Shown: positions 46,841-58,159, counted from the first letter of the stretch. The stretch is 64,000 nt of DNA from Rebecca billardiae RCC1528 (GCA_965240325.2 OZ251246.1:1178001-1242000); one strand, 5' to 3'. The notes: generated by a model from the letters alone, not told the origin. Numbers and translations are program-made.

Positions 46841-49238
46841 CGGCCGCGCCGCCGGCCGCCGGTCCGAGCGCGAGGCCGCTGCTGCCCATGCGGTACGGCG
46901 GCGGCGGCGGCGGCTCGCGGGGCGCGCCGTCGGAGGAGGAGAGCGAGTCCTGCGCGAGCGCCTGCGCGAACGCGCCCCCCAGCGCCGCCTCCGTCTCCGC
47001 GCCGTCCCCCGCCAGCACCCCGTCCGGCCCGGCCGCGTCGAAGTGGCGCAGCAGCAGCGTCAGGATGCGCGCCACGCCTTCGAAGTAGCGCAGGGCGGAG
47101 GAGTAGCGGTAGTAGTCGGCGGTGACGGCGGCGGGCATGGCCTCGCGCTCGCGCACGATCGCGCGCGCCGTCGCGCGCGCCTCCTCGATCGCGGGCGCGA
47201 GCGACTCGCGCGCGCTCGCCGCCGACAGCCCCGCCGCGGCCGCGCCCACGAGCGCGCGCCCGCCCGACGCGGCGCGCGCATACTCGGCCCAGCACTGCTC
47301 GGTGCCCGCGCGGTGCCGGCGGAGGCGGCGCTGCCACGCGAGCACGGCGGGGGTGAGCGTGTGCGCGTGCTCCGCGAGCGACGCGGCGAACATCGCGCGC
47401 CGCTGCCGCATCAGCTTGCTCAGCCGGATCGCGTGATACGCGCGGCCGAACGCCTGCACGGTGAGCACCGCCGCGCCGTACTCGGGCGCGCGCGCGGCCG
47501 CGGAGACGACGGCGACGCGCCGGCGGCGGAGGAGCTCGGCGCGCGCGCGCTCAGCGCGCTCGGCGCGGCGCTCGGTGGCCATGCGCTCGGCGTACTGCGC
47601 GCGGCTCTCCCCCGTCGCCACGAGCACCGACGCCACCTCCGCGTCGTGCGCGCGCTTCTGGCGCCAGTGCCACTGGATGGTGCGCGCCACCGCCTCGCGC
47701 TTGGCGCCCAGCCGGGCGCGCACGCGCCGCACGAGGCGGGAGCGGCGCCAGCCCATCGAGAGCGCGGCGGCGGCGGACGCGCGCTGCGCGACGGCGTGCG
47801 CGCGCGCGCGCTGCGCGCCGCTCGAGCCGTACAGCAGCGCCGCCACGTGCGCCCAGCCGGACTCCACGCCGCCGCCACCGGACCCCCCGCGCCCGCCGCC
47901 CGCGGTCGACGCCTCGAGCGCGCGCAGCTGCGCGAGCCGGCGCCGGCCGAGCACGCGGCCGTGGAGGAAGGCGGTGGCCTCGCGCATCGCGCGCAGCTCG
48001 GCGGCCGAGTGCCGCGCCTCCGGCGCGAACGGCGCGCACGCCGCGTTGTGCCGCGCCGTCTGCGCCAGCGCGCCGAACCAGTACAGCCCGAACGGGTCTG
48101 AGGCGGTGGGCAGCGGCAGCCGCCAGAAGTCGGAGGTGCAGCGCAGCACGCAGTTGAACCCGACCCACAGGTGCGCGCCGTCGCGCGGGCGCGCGCGCTG
48201 CGCGGGCGGCTGCGTGGCGTACTTGATGTCGTACCGCGAGAGCAGCTGCGGCGCCGCGGGCGGCGCCGCGGGCGGCGGGCTGCGCCCGCGCCGCGCCGCC
48301 GAGCGCGGCCGCGGCCGCGGCTGCGCCGTCCGCGTCCGCGGCGCCGCGCGCTCGCCCTCCGCCGCGGGCGCCGCGCCCGCCGGCGGCGGCTCCGAGCCGC
48401 CGTCCGCGTCGGCGTCGAGCGCGTCGGCTACCGCCAGCGCCATGTCCAGCGACGCGCGCCGCGCGTCGGCCGCGCCGCCGTCGCGCGCCGCCGCCGCCGC
48501 CGGCGCCGCCGGCGCGCGCGGCGCGTCGCGCGCGCGCCGCGCGCTCGACGGCCGCGGCCGCGGCAGCGCCGCCGCCGGCTGCGGCGGCGCGGCGGCGAGG
48601 GCGGCGTAGTGCTCGTGCGCGCGCTGCAGCGCCTGGACGAGGAGGAGCACGCTGATACGCATCTCCGCGAGCAGCGCTGCGCCCTCCTCGCGCAGCTGCC
48701 GCGCACGCTCGCCGTGGCCGCCGCGGTCGGACGCGAGGGCGGGCGCGGCGCCGCGCGCCGAGACCGGCGCGCGCCGCTGCGAGCGCGCGCGCGCGCCCGA
48801 GCCGTACGCGCCGGCGGCGTGCGGCGCGGCGGCGGCGGAGGCGGCGTGCGCGCGAGCCTTGCCCAGCGGCGCCGCGCCACCGCCGCCGCCGCCGCCGCCG
48901 CCGCCACCGCCGCCGCCCGCCGCCGCCGCGCCCGCCGCCGCCGCGAGGAGCCTGAAGCGCAGAGACACGTCGACCAGCGCGGACACCTGCGCCTCGTACG
49001 CGCGGGAGACGGCGGCGACGTCGTCGAGGGTCTCGCGGAGGGCGCCGCCGATACGGATTGACAGCGCGCGCGCGGAGGGCGCGCCGCCCTGCGCCGTGCG
49101 CAGCCGCTCGTACTCGGCCGCCGAGAGCGCGAGCGACGGAGGCACCGCGCTCGACGGCGGCGGCGCGCGGCGCGCAGAGGCCGGGCGGCGGCGCTCGCGC
49201 TCGGGCGACATGCGGCGCGGGTAATCGCGCACGAGCAT
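40918..49238 (-). CDS. Giant (~2650 aa) coiled-coil protein with IQ motifs and CEP164-like/WW modules; introns 41833-41955 and 41413-41666
   Basis: IQ-like TIQWHWRQKRA and TVQAFGRAYHAIR; GIE..LWLLPLA..APLPAHW, YYYNFRT, EPELAWL..LPAGW..HP. Confidence 0.75.
41470..41506. repeat. Interstitial telomere-like (TTAGGG)4 plus degenerate copies, inside an intron
   Basis: gggTTAGGGTTAGGGTTAGGGTTAGGGttgggtgagg. Confidence 0.9.
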
Positions 49239-49558
49239 GCTCTCGAGCGCGGGGGGCTTGTTGCGCTCGGCTGGCCAGCCGTGCGCCGCTCGGGCAGCGA
49301 GGCGCAGTGCGGCCCTCGCGCCCGCGGCTGTTGCAGCGAGTCGGGCAGCGCCGATGATGGCTGCTGTTGGGTTGGCTTGCGCGGAGAGAAAAAGTAACGA
49401 CGCGGGTCGCTCGAGCCCCTCGACGCCGCGTGCGTGCCGAGGAAACCGATTTGCTGCAGATTTTTTGGAGCGAAGATCCTGGCGGCGTCTTTTTCCCTAC
49501 TATTCCGGATCCCGGCCGCCGCGGCAACGACCGCCCTTTTTCCCCCGCCCGCCGAGCC

Positions 49559-50038
49559 ATGGCGCAGCCGCACCTGCTGGTCACCTCGCCCGGCGACGGC
49601 GTGCACTTCCCGAAGGCGGGGGACACGGTGTACCTCCACTACACGGGCTCGCTGGACGATGGCACCGTTTTCGACAGCTCGCGCGGCCACGAGCCGCTCA
49701 GCTTCGTCCTCGGCCAGCACGGCGTGATCCCGTGCATGGAGGAGGCGGCGGGCGTCATGAGCACCGGCGAGTCGGCCACGCTCACGTGCCCGCCAAACTA
49801 CGCGTACGGGGACAAGCAGAACGGGCCGATCCCGCCCAACTCGACGCTCACCTTCGACGTGCAGCTCGTCCGCGTGCAGCAGCCCTCGTTCTGGGGCGCG
49901 CTCTTCTCGCAGGCGCAGGCGGGCGTACCTGCGCTGCAGACGCTGCTCGGACAGATGGGCTACGGACCGCCAGCGCCGCCGGGGGGCGCGGGCGGAGGCG
50001 CGCCCGCCGGGGGCATTCCCTCTCCCTTCGGCGGCTGA
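49559..50038 (+). CDS. FKBP-type peptidyl-prolyl isomerase with C-terminal extension
   Basis: SPGDGVHFPKAGDTVYLHYTGSLDDGTVFDSSR..YAYG..IPPNSTLTFDVQL. Confidence 0.93.
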   Translation: MAQPHLLVTSPGDGVHFPKAGDTVYLHYTGSLDDGTVFDSSRGHEPLSFVLGQHGVIPCMEEAAGVMSTGESATLTCPPNYAYGDKQNGPIPPNSTLTFDVQLVRVQQPSFWGALFSQAQAGVPALQTLLGQMGYGPPAPPGGAGGGAPAGGIPSPFGG

Positions 50039-50920
50039 GTGCGCAGCGTGCCCCTCGCGCCGCGCGCCGCGCCGCCGAGGGCTCAGCCCACGACGCGGCG
50101 CCACGCCCCGCGCGGCTGCCGCGGGCCGCCCGATTCGACGCGCGGAGAGCCGCCGCTTCGGCCGCTTGCACCGGAGTGGCGCGCGGGCGGCCGGTACGTC
50201 GTCACCGCCGCCGGCCGTGCGTCCGACGACTGCTCAGCCCGAGGTCTGGGCGCGCGCCCGGCGGCATGTTGCCGCCAATCGGAGGCGGCGGTGCGACGCG
50301 GCGGCTGTCGTCAACGGCGCAGTACGCCGCCGCCTGATATGTGTGGCTCGGTGCCCGCGCCGTTGCGGTGACGCCGGCTGCGGTCTGCGGACGACTGGCG
50401 ACACGGCGCGGACGCGCCGCGCGCGCCGGCAGCGGGAATATATCGCGCGCGTCGCATACAGCCGACAACGCCGCGTTCCCGGTGTATACGCCGTCGTCAC
50501 ACGGTATCCGTCTGTCTCCGTCACCATCGTTCACTATATTTATCATCATGTCATGCGTCATGGTCATGCTGAGAAAGTCCGTGCTGCACTGCCGCAGTGG
50601 CCCTGATGCGTATTTGACACAGCAGCGCTGCTTCGTGCATCGCGCACGAGCGGCCGGGCAGCTCGCCCAGCAGCCTCGCGCGTCGAAGTGTCGCAGCAAC
50701 TGGCGGCGCGGGCCGAATAGGTTGCTCGTGCTGGTGGCGGATGTGGAAGATCAGATGCTGATGGTGCGGCTGACTCGGCGGCGGGGAGCACGGCGTCGTC
50801 GTGCTCCACCGCGTGCTGGTGTACATGCGATAAGCTGGGGAGCGGAGGCGTCGGCGCGCGGTGGCAAGTCGCGCCCAGCGTGGCGCCCGCCCACACGGCA
50901 TAGGGCCGCGGCTACGCCGC

Positions 50921-52289
50921 TCACTCGATGAAGTCGACGATGCCCGAGGTGATCTCGTAGCTGCGGGTCGAGCGTAGCGCACGGCCGAGGCGGGCGAGGG
51001 CCGCATCGTGTCAGCGGTCGGCGCGACCCAGCCGGCGGGCCACGCGCACGCGGCGCGCGCTCGGCGCGGCGCTCGCGGCGCGCGCGCGCACAATGCGGCG
51101 ATCACAATCAGCTCGCCCGCCTTGATCTTCTTGGCGATCTGCGGGTCCTCGGAGAGCTTCTTGACCTGCGCCTGCGCGTTGGCGATCACCGCCTCGCGGT
51201 CACGCGCGTTCGGGTCCTGGATGTTGTCCAGCGTCTCCGAGCAGTACTCGAGCGAGTCCTTCATGTCGTTGAGCATCTCACGCAGCCGCGGCGACTCCTT
51301 GTTGATGGCGCTGCGCGGGAGACGCGCCGCCTTCACCGCGCCGCACCCCTGGTGGCCCATGATCACGACGAGCTTGATGCCGAGGTGGTGCACGGCGTAG
51401 TCGATGGTGCCGCCCACCTTGTCGCCGTACAGGTTGCCCGCGTTGCGCGTGACGAACACGTCGCCTGCGGGGGCGGCGAGGCGCGGGGAGGGCGGCGCAT
51501 GAGCCCGCGGGGCGGGGCAAGCGGGGGCGGGGCGGCGGAGGGCGCGCGTGCGGGGCGGCGCGCACCGAGGCCCTGGTCGAGCACGATCTCGATCGGCACG
51601 CGCGAGTCGGCGCAGCCGAGCACGGCGACCTTGGGCACCTGCCCCTTGATCAGCGCGCGGCGCTCGGCGGGCGAGAAGTCCGGGCGGTCGGCGACGCCCG
51701 TCCAGAAGCGCGTGTTGCCCGCCTTGAGGTCCTGCAGCAGCTCCTGCGGCGTCTTGTTCTTGATGTAGTTGTTGCGCGACTCGTGCAGCTCGACCGCCTC
51801 CTTCATCGTGGGCACCTGCGAGGTGAGCAGCATCTTGCCGTCCGCCGTCTTCGGCGTGAACGTCATCTCCGAGTCGAACGCCGCGCGCGAGGCCGAGCGG
51901 CGCATGCCGGCGGCGCCCGGGCCGACCGGCTTGGCGGACTTCACCGCCGGCGATGGCGCCGACTCCGAGTCGCCGGCCTCGGACCTGGCCTTGGAGACCG
52001 TGCGGTTAGTGTTGGGGCTCGCCACCATCGGCGTTGTCTGCGGCGTGCCCTGCACGATGTACTGGATCGGCGGCTGCTGCGGCGGCTGCTGCGGCGTCTT
52101 CTTCTGCCTCAAGACGAGCATCGCGCACATGAACACGTTCAGGACGAGCGCGCCGATGAACATCATGCCGAGCGTGACGACGCCGATGAGGAGCTGCGGG
52201 TTCACCTGCGAGAGCGACTGCAGCAGGATCATCGTGGGCGAGAGCTCCTCAGCCGCGGGCGGCGGGGGGGTGGCCGGCTGCGAGCGCAT
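50921..52289 (-). CDS. Beta-carbonic anhydrase 1 with N-terminal TM anchor; introns 51465-51565 and 50961-51091
   Basis: LGCADSRVP, GDVFVTRNAGN and GHQGCGAVKAA zinc motifs; hydrophobic N-terminal helix. Confidence 0.93.
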
Positions 52290-53134
52290 CGTGTCGGTGG
52301 GCGTGTGAAGTGATGCGGGATGGGACGCACGGCAGGTTGAGGTTTGGGCGGTGCACCGCGCAAACCTCAACTCCTCGCCCTCGGGATTCTCGGCGAAAAG
52401 CGTGCGCAGTGAGCTCTCCACTGCCAGTGACCCGCTCTCCGCTCGCGCAACCACATACTAATTCGGCTGACTGGGCGGAATCGGTTCAGGCTGCCCATCG
52501 GACGGCCGTTGATGACAATGATGAGAGGACGACCAGAAAAACGTGCGGTGAAAAAAGGTTTGACGCCATTTTGACAAGGGCACAGGCCTTGCTGGCCGGG
52601 GTCTGAAGATAAGAGAGCTTGATGAGGGTGCGATGTGCAATATTCCGTTCGCGCCCGTGGTAGAAGCAAGGGCCGTGGTAGAAGCACCTCTTGACCGTGA
52701 GGACATCATCTTTCTTGATGGACGGTCCGTGCCGAAATGAGTCTGTGATGGCGCCGCCATCGATCGGTGAGGCAGAGCGAGTTGAGCTCGGAGCGAGTAT
52801 AGATCTGCTGTACACGCTACATCTGTCGCCACCTTCATCCTGCGCCCGCTCATACTGCTCGCTACTGCAGCGTCGTGACGATGGACGACCCGCGGCCGCA
52901 CTAGGTTCGGCGCCGCGGGACGTGGCGGCTGCAACTTCCTGTCGTCTCCGCGCTCGGCTCGGGGCGTCTGCCCGGTCTGATTGCGCCGCCGCCCGCCGCT
53001 GCTGCGCCTGGGCCGATCGCGGTGCTGTGCTGTGCTCTGTCTGAATGAAGTGACGCTGCGCGCCGCCGGCCCGGATCTCCCACCCGCCGGTCGCGCCGCC
53101 GCCCCTTGGCGCGTGCTGGCCGGCAGTGGGGTGC

Positions 53135-54280
53135 TCACATCTCGATGAAGTCGACGATGCCGCTCGTCATCTCGTAGAAGGCCGGCACGATCATCAGCTC
53201 GCCCGCGTCGATCTTGGCCTTGAAGTGCGGCACGTTGAGCATCTTCTGCACCTGCGCCTTCGCGTTGCGGATCACGCACTCGCGGTCGCGCGCCGCCTGG
53301 TCGGAGATGTGCTCGATCGCCTCCATGCACACGGTGAGCGACTCCTTGGCGCTCATCAGCATGTTGCGCAGGTGCAGGGGCTCGCGGTTGATCTGCTTGT
53401 CCGAGAGCTTGGCGGCGGAGCACACCGTCCAGCAGCCCTGGTGGCCCATCACCACGATGAGCTTGATACCCAGGTGCTTGATGGCGTAGTCCATCGTGCC
53501 GCCCTCGTTCGTGCCGTACGAGTTGCCCGCGTTGCGCGCGACGAAGAGATCGCCTGCACAGGGCCGTGGGGTGCGCGCGCGCGCACGGCCGCTCAGCTCA
53601 CGCCACGGCGCGCGCGCGCGCGCGGACGGGAGGCAGCCCGACGCACGGCGCGGTCGCGCGCGCGCACCAGGGCCCTGGTCGAAGACAATCTCGACGGCCG
53701 CGCGCGAGTCGGCGCAGCCCAGCACCGCCACCTTGGGCACCTGCCCCTTGATGAGTGCCGAGCGGACGAGAGGCGTCAGCTCTGGGCTCTCGGACGCGCC
53801 CGACCAGAAGCGCATGTTGCCCGCCTTGAGGTCGTTGAGCAGCTGCGCGGGCGTCTTCTGCTTGATGTACTTGTTCCGCTCCTCGTGCAGCTCCGCCGCC
53901 TCCTTCATCGTGGGCACCTGCCCGCTGCCGTCGCCCACCAGGTTGGCGCTCGAGCGCAGCTTGGTGACGCCCATGTCGAGGAGGGTGTTGAACGAGGGCG
54001 TGCGCCCGCCCATCCCCTTGGGCGGCGGCTTTGCGTTCGGCGGCATCGCCTGCGCCGCCTGCGGTGTGCTGTAGATGTACTGCACCTGCGGCTGCACCGG
54101 CGGCGCGGGCTCGGGCTCCTTTGAGAACTGCACAAACGCGTACACGCCGAGCGCGCACGCGGCGACGAGGAGGAAGAGGACCGTCATCGCCGCGATGGCG
54201 AGGAGGAAGAGCATCGTCGACGGCTGCGTCACCCACGCGACGAGCGGCGCCATCGCGCCACCGGCCGTTGCGCTCGACAT
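53135..54280 (-). CDS. Beta-carbonic anhydrase 2 (tandem paralog) with N-terminal TM anchor; intron 53554-53667
   Basis: LGCADSR, GDLFVARNAGN and GHQGC motifs; clearly paralogous to 50921-52289. Confidence 0.92.
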   Translation of the reverse strand: MSSATAGGAMAPLVAWVTQPSTMLFLLAIAAMTVLFLLVAACALGVYAFVQFSKEPEPAPPVQPQVQYIYSTPQAAQAMPPNAKPPPKGMGGRTPSFNTLLDMGVTKLRSSANLVGDGSGQVPTMKEAAELHEERNKYIKQKTPAQLLNDLKAGNMRFWSGASESPELTPLVRSALIKGQVPKVAVLGCADSRAAVEIVFDQGPGARARPRRASGCLPSARARAPWRELSGRARARTPRPCAGDLFVARNAGNSYGTNEGGTMDYAIKHLGIKLIVVMGHQGCWTVCSAAKLSDKQINREPLHLRNMLMSAKESLTVCMEAIEHISDQAARDRECVIRNAKAQVQKMLNVPHFKAKIDAGELMIVPAFYEMTSGIVDFIEM

Positions 54281-54676
54281 GACGGACGCGCGGTGTGCGT
54301 GGGCGAGACGGCCGCTCCCGTCGGCTGCACGACTTCACAGATTGCCCCGGAGGAATCTCGTGGGGCGGCCTTCGCCTCAGTCGCGTGCGGGATTTTTTGC
54401 AGCTCGACGACGGCCGTGAGTTCATCGCGCGGTGGTTCGGTGGCAAGGCAATCAAGCCGAGGCGCACGCACACGTGCTTGCGGACGCACTGTGCGCTGGA
54501 GCAGCCAATCGCTGGCCTGGCCGAGGCTTCGCGAAGCCAATGAAAGGCGTAAGACGACTATTCCGGGTTAGAAAATGGGTACGGGCGTATTAAGTTGCCA
54601 TAGTAGTACTTCATTTCGCCAGCTCAACGGGCTCACGCGGTCACGCCCGTGACCCGTCCGACCGCGACCCGGCGCG

Positions 54677-55852
54677 ATGGCGGCGCACGATGGCGGCGGC
54701 GCCGACGCCGCGTCGAGGCGCGAGCAGCTGGAGAAGTTCGACGCGCTCCTCGCGGTGTGCGCGGGGGGCGACGCCGAGGCCATCGCGCAGCTCCTCGAGC
54801 CGCTCGGCCCCGCGCCCGCCGCCGAGCTGCTCGGCCGCGGCGACGCGCGTGGGTACACGCCGCTGCACGTGGCGGCGGATGGCGGCCACAGCCTGGCCGT
54901 CGTGCAGCTGCTCATCGCGCACGGCGCGTGCGGCGCCGGCGTGAACGCGCTGACCAGCGGCACGCTCGCCACCCCGCTCCACCTCGCCGCGCGCGCCGGC
55001 TCCGCGCCCGCCGTCCGCGCGCTCGTGCTCGCGCGCGCCGACGCGAGCGCGCGCACGCGCAAGGGCAAGTCCGCGCGGGAGCTGCTGCCCGGCAGCGGCA
55101 CGGCGTCGGCGCTCGGCGAGGTGCTGCGCGATGCAGAAGCGCGGCCCGCCGCGCCACCGCCCGCCGCGCCGCCCGGCGCGCGCGCGTGCGCGCTCAGCCG
55201 CGCGCCGCTCGCGCGCGCAGACGATCACTCGCTCGGCTGCGGCCCGCCGCTGTGCGCGGCCGCGGCGGCCGTGTGGCGCGCGGCGCTGCGCGAGGCGGCG
55301 GCGGCGGCGGCGCCGGACCCGCGGCGACCGCGCGTCTTCCTCGCGCTCGAGATCGACGGCGTGCCCGCCGGCCGCCTCGACCTCGAGCTGTACGCCGACG
55401 TGGTGCCGCGCACGTGTGAGAACTTCCGGCAGCTGTGCACGGGCGAGGCGGGGCGCAGCCGCGGCTTTGGGGCGGCGCCGCTGCACTACAAGGGGAGCGC
55501 GCTGCACAGGGTGGTGCCCGGCTTCGTCGCGCAGGGCGGCGACTTCACGCGCGGCGACGGGCGCGGCGGCGAGAGCATCTACGGCGCCAAGTTCGCCGAC
55601 GAGTCCTTCGACGGGCTGGCGGGCAAGCACGGCGGCGCGGGCACGCTCTCGATGGCAAACAGCGGCAAGGACTCGAACGGCTCGCAGTTCTTCCTCACGC
55701 TCGGGCGCACGCCGTGGCTCGACGGCAAGCACGTCGTCTTCGGACGGCTGCGCCGCGGGTTCGGCGCGCTGCGCGCGGTCGAGGCAGTGGGCAGCGCGGG
55801 CGGCACGCCGTCCAAGCGCGTCGTCATCGCCGAGTGCGGCGAGCTGCGCTGA
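54677..55852 (+). CDS. Ankyrin-repeat + cyclophilin fusion protein
   Basis: GYTPLHVAA and TPLHLAA ankyrin repeats; [54 protein letters not shown]. Confidence 0.92.
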   Translation: MAAHDGGGADAASRREQLEKFDALLAVCAGGDAEAIAQLLEPLGPAPAAELLGRGDARGYTPLHVAADGGHSLAVVQLLIAHGACGAGVNALTSGTLATPLHLAARAGSAPAVRALVLARADASARTRKGKSARELLPGSGTASALGEVLRDAEARPAAPPPAAPPGARACALSRAPLARADDHSLGCGPPLCAAAAAVWRAALREAAAAAAPDPRRPRVFLALEIDGVPAGRLDLELYADVVPRTCENFRQLCTGEAGRSRGFGAAPLHYKGSALHRVVPGFVAQGGDFTRGDGRGGESIYGAKFADESFDGLAGKHGGAGTLSMANSGKDSNGSQFFLTLGRTPWLDGKHVVFGRLRRGFGALRAVEAVGSAGGTPSKRVVIAECGELR

Positions 55853-56624
55853 GCTGCACTGGGCTGGGCTGCGCCGTCGAGCTGCCGCCGAGTCAGAGTG
55901 TGAGGCCGCCCACCGGCCCGCGCGGGTAGGTTTCACGACGATGCGGTCGAGGATGGCGCCCGGCGCACTCGCGCGCGCGCCACATCTGATGCCGTAGACG
56001 AGTAGTTGTCGATCGCAGCCAATAAGGCAGAGCAGACGGTCGCGGTCTGATCAGACGAGCGCGCGGGCACGGCGCGGACCGCCCGACGTGATATTCACTC
56101 AGAGAATACAGTAGTAGTGATTACAGTGGCAGGCTGGTCCCACTGGCGGAGCAGAAATTCAAAACTATCTGACGATCGGCGCGGTCTCAGCGACTCGGAA
56201 CAAACGGGGTGCGACAGACTAGCGCCGGCGGGGTATGCGCCGGCGTCTGAGCTCACCAGCGCGACTTCAGCAAAGCGCGCGGACGAAAATCAGCTCTCCG
56301 GGAGGGCCCCTGGCCTGCGCGGGGTCGCGGTCGCGGCGCCGGGCGCGGGGATGCTGTCAGCTTCCGAGCCCGTACAGCTCGTCGCGCGCGCTCGGGGTGC
56401 GCGAGGCGACGCGGTACGACGGTGGCGTGGACCACCACCTCACGCCTCGCTGCGTCGTCAGCGTGTACAGCCCACCGCTGCCACTAGCGCCAATGTGAAT
56501 GGCACTGCTCGGAACAGCTCGATGCGTCGCGCGTTGTCGTTTGCGTCGACTCGTCGCTCGGCCGGAGGTGCAGCTGACGCGCTCGCCGAAGCAGCACCGC
56601 AGACCCCGCTCGATGGTGTGCGCG

Positions 56625-57230
56625 GCGTGAAGTTCGCACCGAACGTCTTCTTGTGGCGAGATGCGCACCGCCCGCCGCAGCGCCCGCCGCTGCCGAGCCG
56701 GCCGCCGCTGCGGCCGCCGCGCCGGCTGCCGCCGCCGCGACCGCCGTCGCTGCGCCATCAGCCGGCCCGGTGCTGCCGCACTCGCCGGGCGACCCCTCGA
56801 AGATGCGCGCAGCGTGACGTGCGCGGCGAGTAACTCCTCGTCGCGAGATGCGCTCCACCCGCCGTCGCGCCGGCCGCCGCGGCGTCCGCCGCCGCGGCGT
56901 CTGCCACCGCGCCGCCCCGGCTACAGTGCCGCGCCAGCGCGGCAGGCGCAGCGCCCAACCGCTGCGGCGCCCGCCCGGCTGTCACGCCCGCATTCAGCAG
57001 GCCTGGTGCTGCCGCGCTCGCCGGGCGACGAATCGATATCGCGCGCGGCGTGACGTGCGCGCCGAGTGACTCCTCGTCGCGAGATGCGCTCTGCCAGCAG
57101 CCGCGCCCGCCACCGCTCACCGCTGCTGCACTCGCCCCCGCGCCCCGGGATGCCACCGCGCCCGCGCCCGACCGTCACGCCCGCCGTCAGCAGGCCCGAT
57201 GCTGCCACGCTGGCCGGGCGCCGCGGTGGT
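56625..57230. repeat. Three diverged tandem units of about 190-235 bp
   Basis: gcgtga(c/a)gt..gcgagatgcgc at about 56625, 56812 and 57048; tcagc.ggcc.g.tgctgcc.c.ct.gccgggcg at about 56758, 56994 and 57187. Confidence 0.7.
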
Positions 57231-58159
57231 CGCGGCGTTTGATGCCGTCGCAGACGGCGTGCGAAGCGCGGCGTCGGTACCCGCCCACCCTGCACGATGT
57301 TGCCGCGCTGCAACCTCAGCTTGATCGCTGACTCCACGCTGAGAGCTCGCGAAGAGACAGCCCACCCGCACAGTGGCAGTCTTCGCCCAGGAGCGCCGTA
57401 TGCGTAGCGGTGGGTGCGGAACGTGGCGCTCGACTTCTCCTCGGCGTCCGAGTCCTGCATCTGCTCCTGCACCAGCCCCTCCCATTCTGCGCGCGGGCGC
57501 GGAGTCGGTGGCCGCGCCGCACGATGTCGACGCGAGGGGCGCCGCAGCAGATGTCAGGTATGGTGACCGCGCTTCCGGCGGGCGTTTTCAAGCGGAACTT
57601 CTGGAACGCGTTGCTCATTGAAACTCGTGCGGAACCACCGTGCCCGATTTTGCACCCCGCGGACGCACGGTCGGCGCGCCGCGCGAGCGCGCACCAGCGC
57701 GGGCACCCGGCTTGTGCCTCTGGTCGTGGAGCCAGTCGCCACGATTCGGCGGCGCCTTGAGCTTGCGCGCGTCCGCAATCGCCCAGGTTCGCCTCACAAC
57801 TCGTGGTGCTCACTTCCCCGCCGGCTCACGCGGCGGACTTGCATTCGCCTCGCGCCACAGCGCCCGCGCCTCCTCGTGGGGGCGGCTTCGAAGCCGCCGC
57901 CGCCGTCCGCCGCGCAACCGCCGAAGCTTCGCCAAAACTCCGGTCCGTTGTTTTGCAGGTCCCCCAGTGAGACCCGCCCACTGTAATGATTCTGATGATG
58001 AATTGACGATGATACCAGGGACGACCCGGAACTGTGTAGTGCCATCAGCATTAGTATCAGTATTAGTAGTCGTAGCCTATAAGCTATAGTATTATAAAGT
58101 TATTATCGTCCGCCGGGCTGCTCGGGTACTTACCGGCGGCACGCCACTGCCTTACACTA

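Noticed and set aside
49559-55852. Functional cluster of two PPIases flanking the carbonic anhydrase pair
   Set aside because: Adjacency alone in a gene-dense eukaryotic genome gives no support; there is no shared motif or known pathway link.
56625-57230. CRISPR-like array
   Set aside because: Eukaryotic context, long degenerate units, low-complexity spacers and no cas genes.
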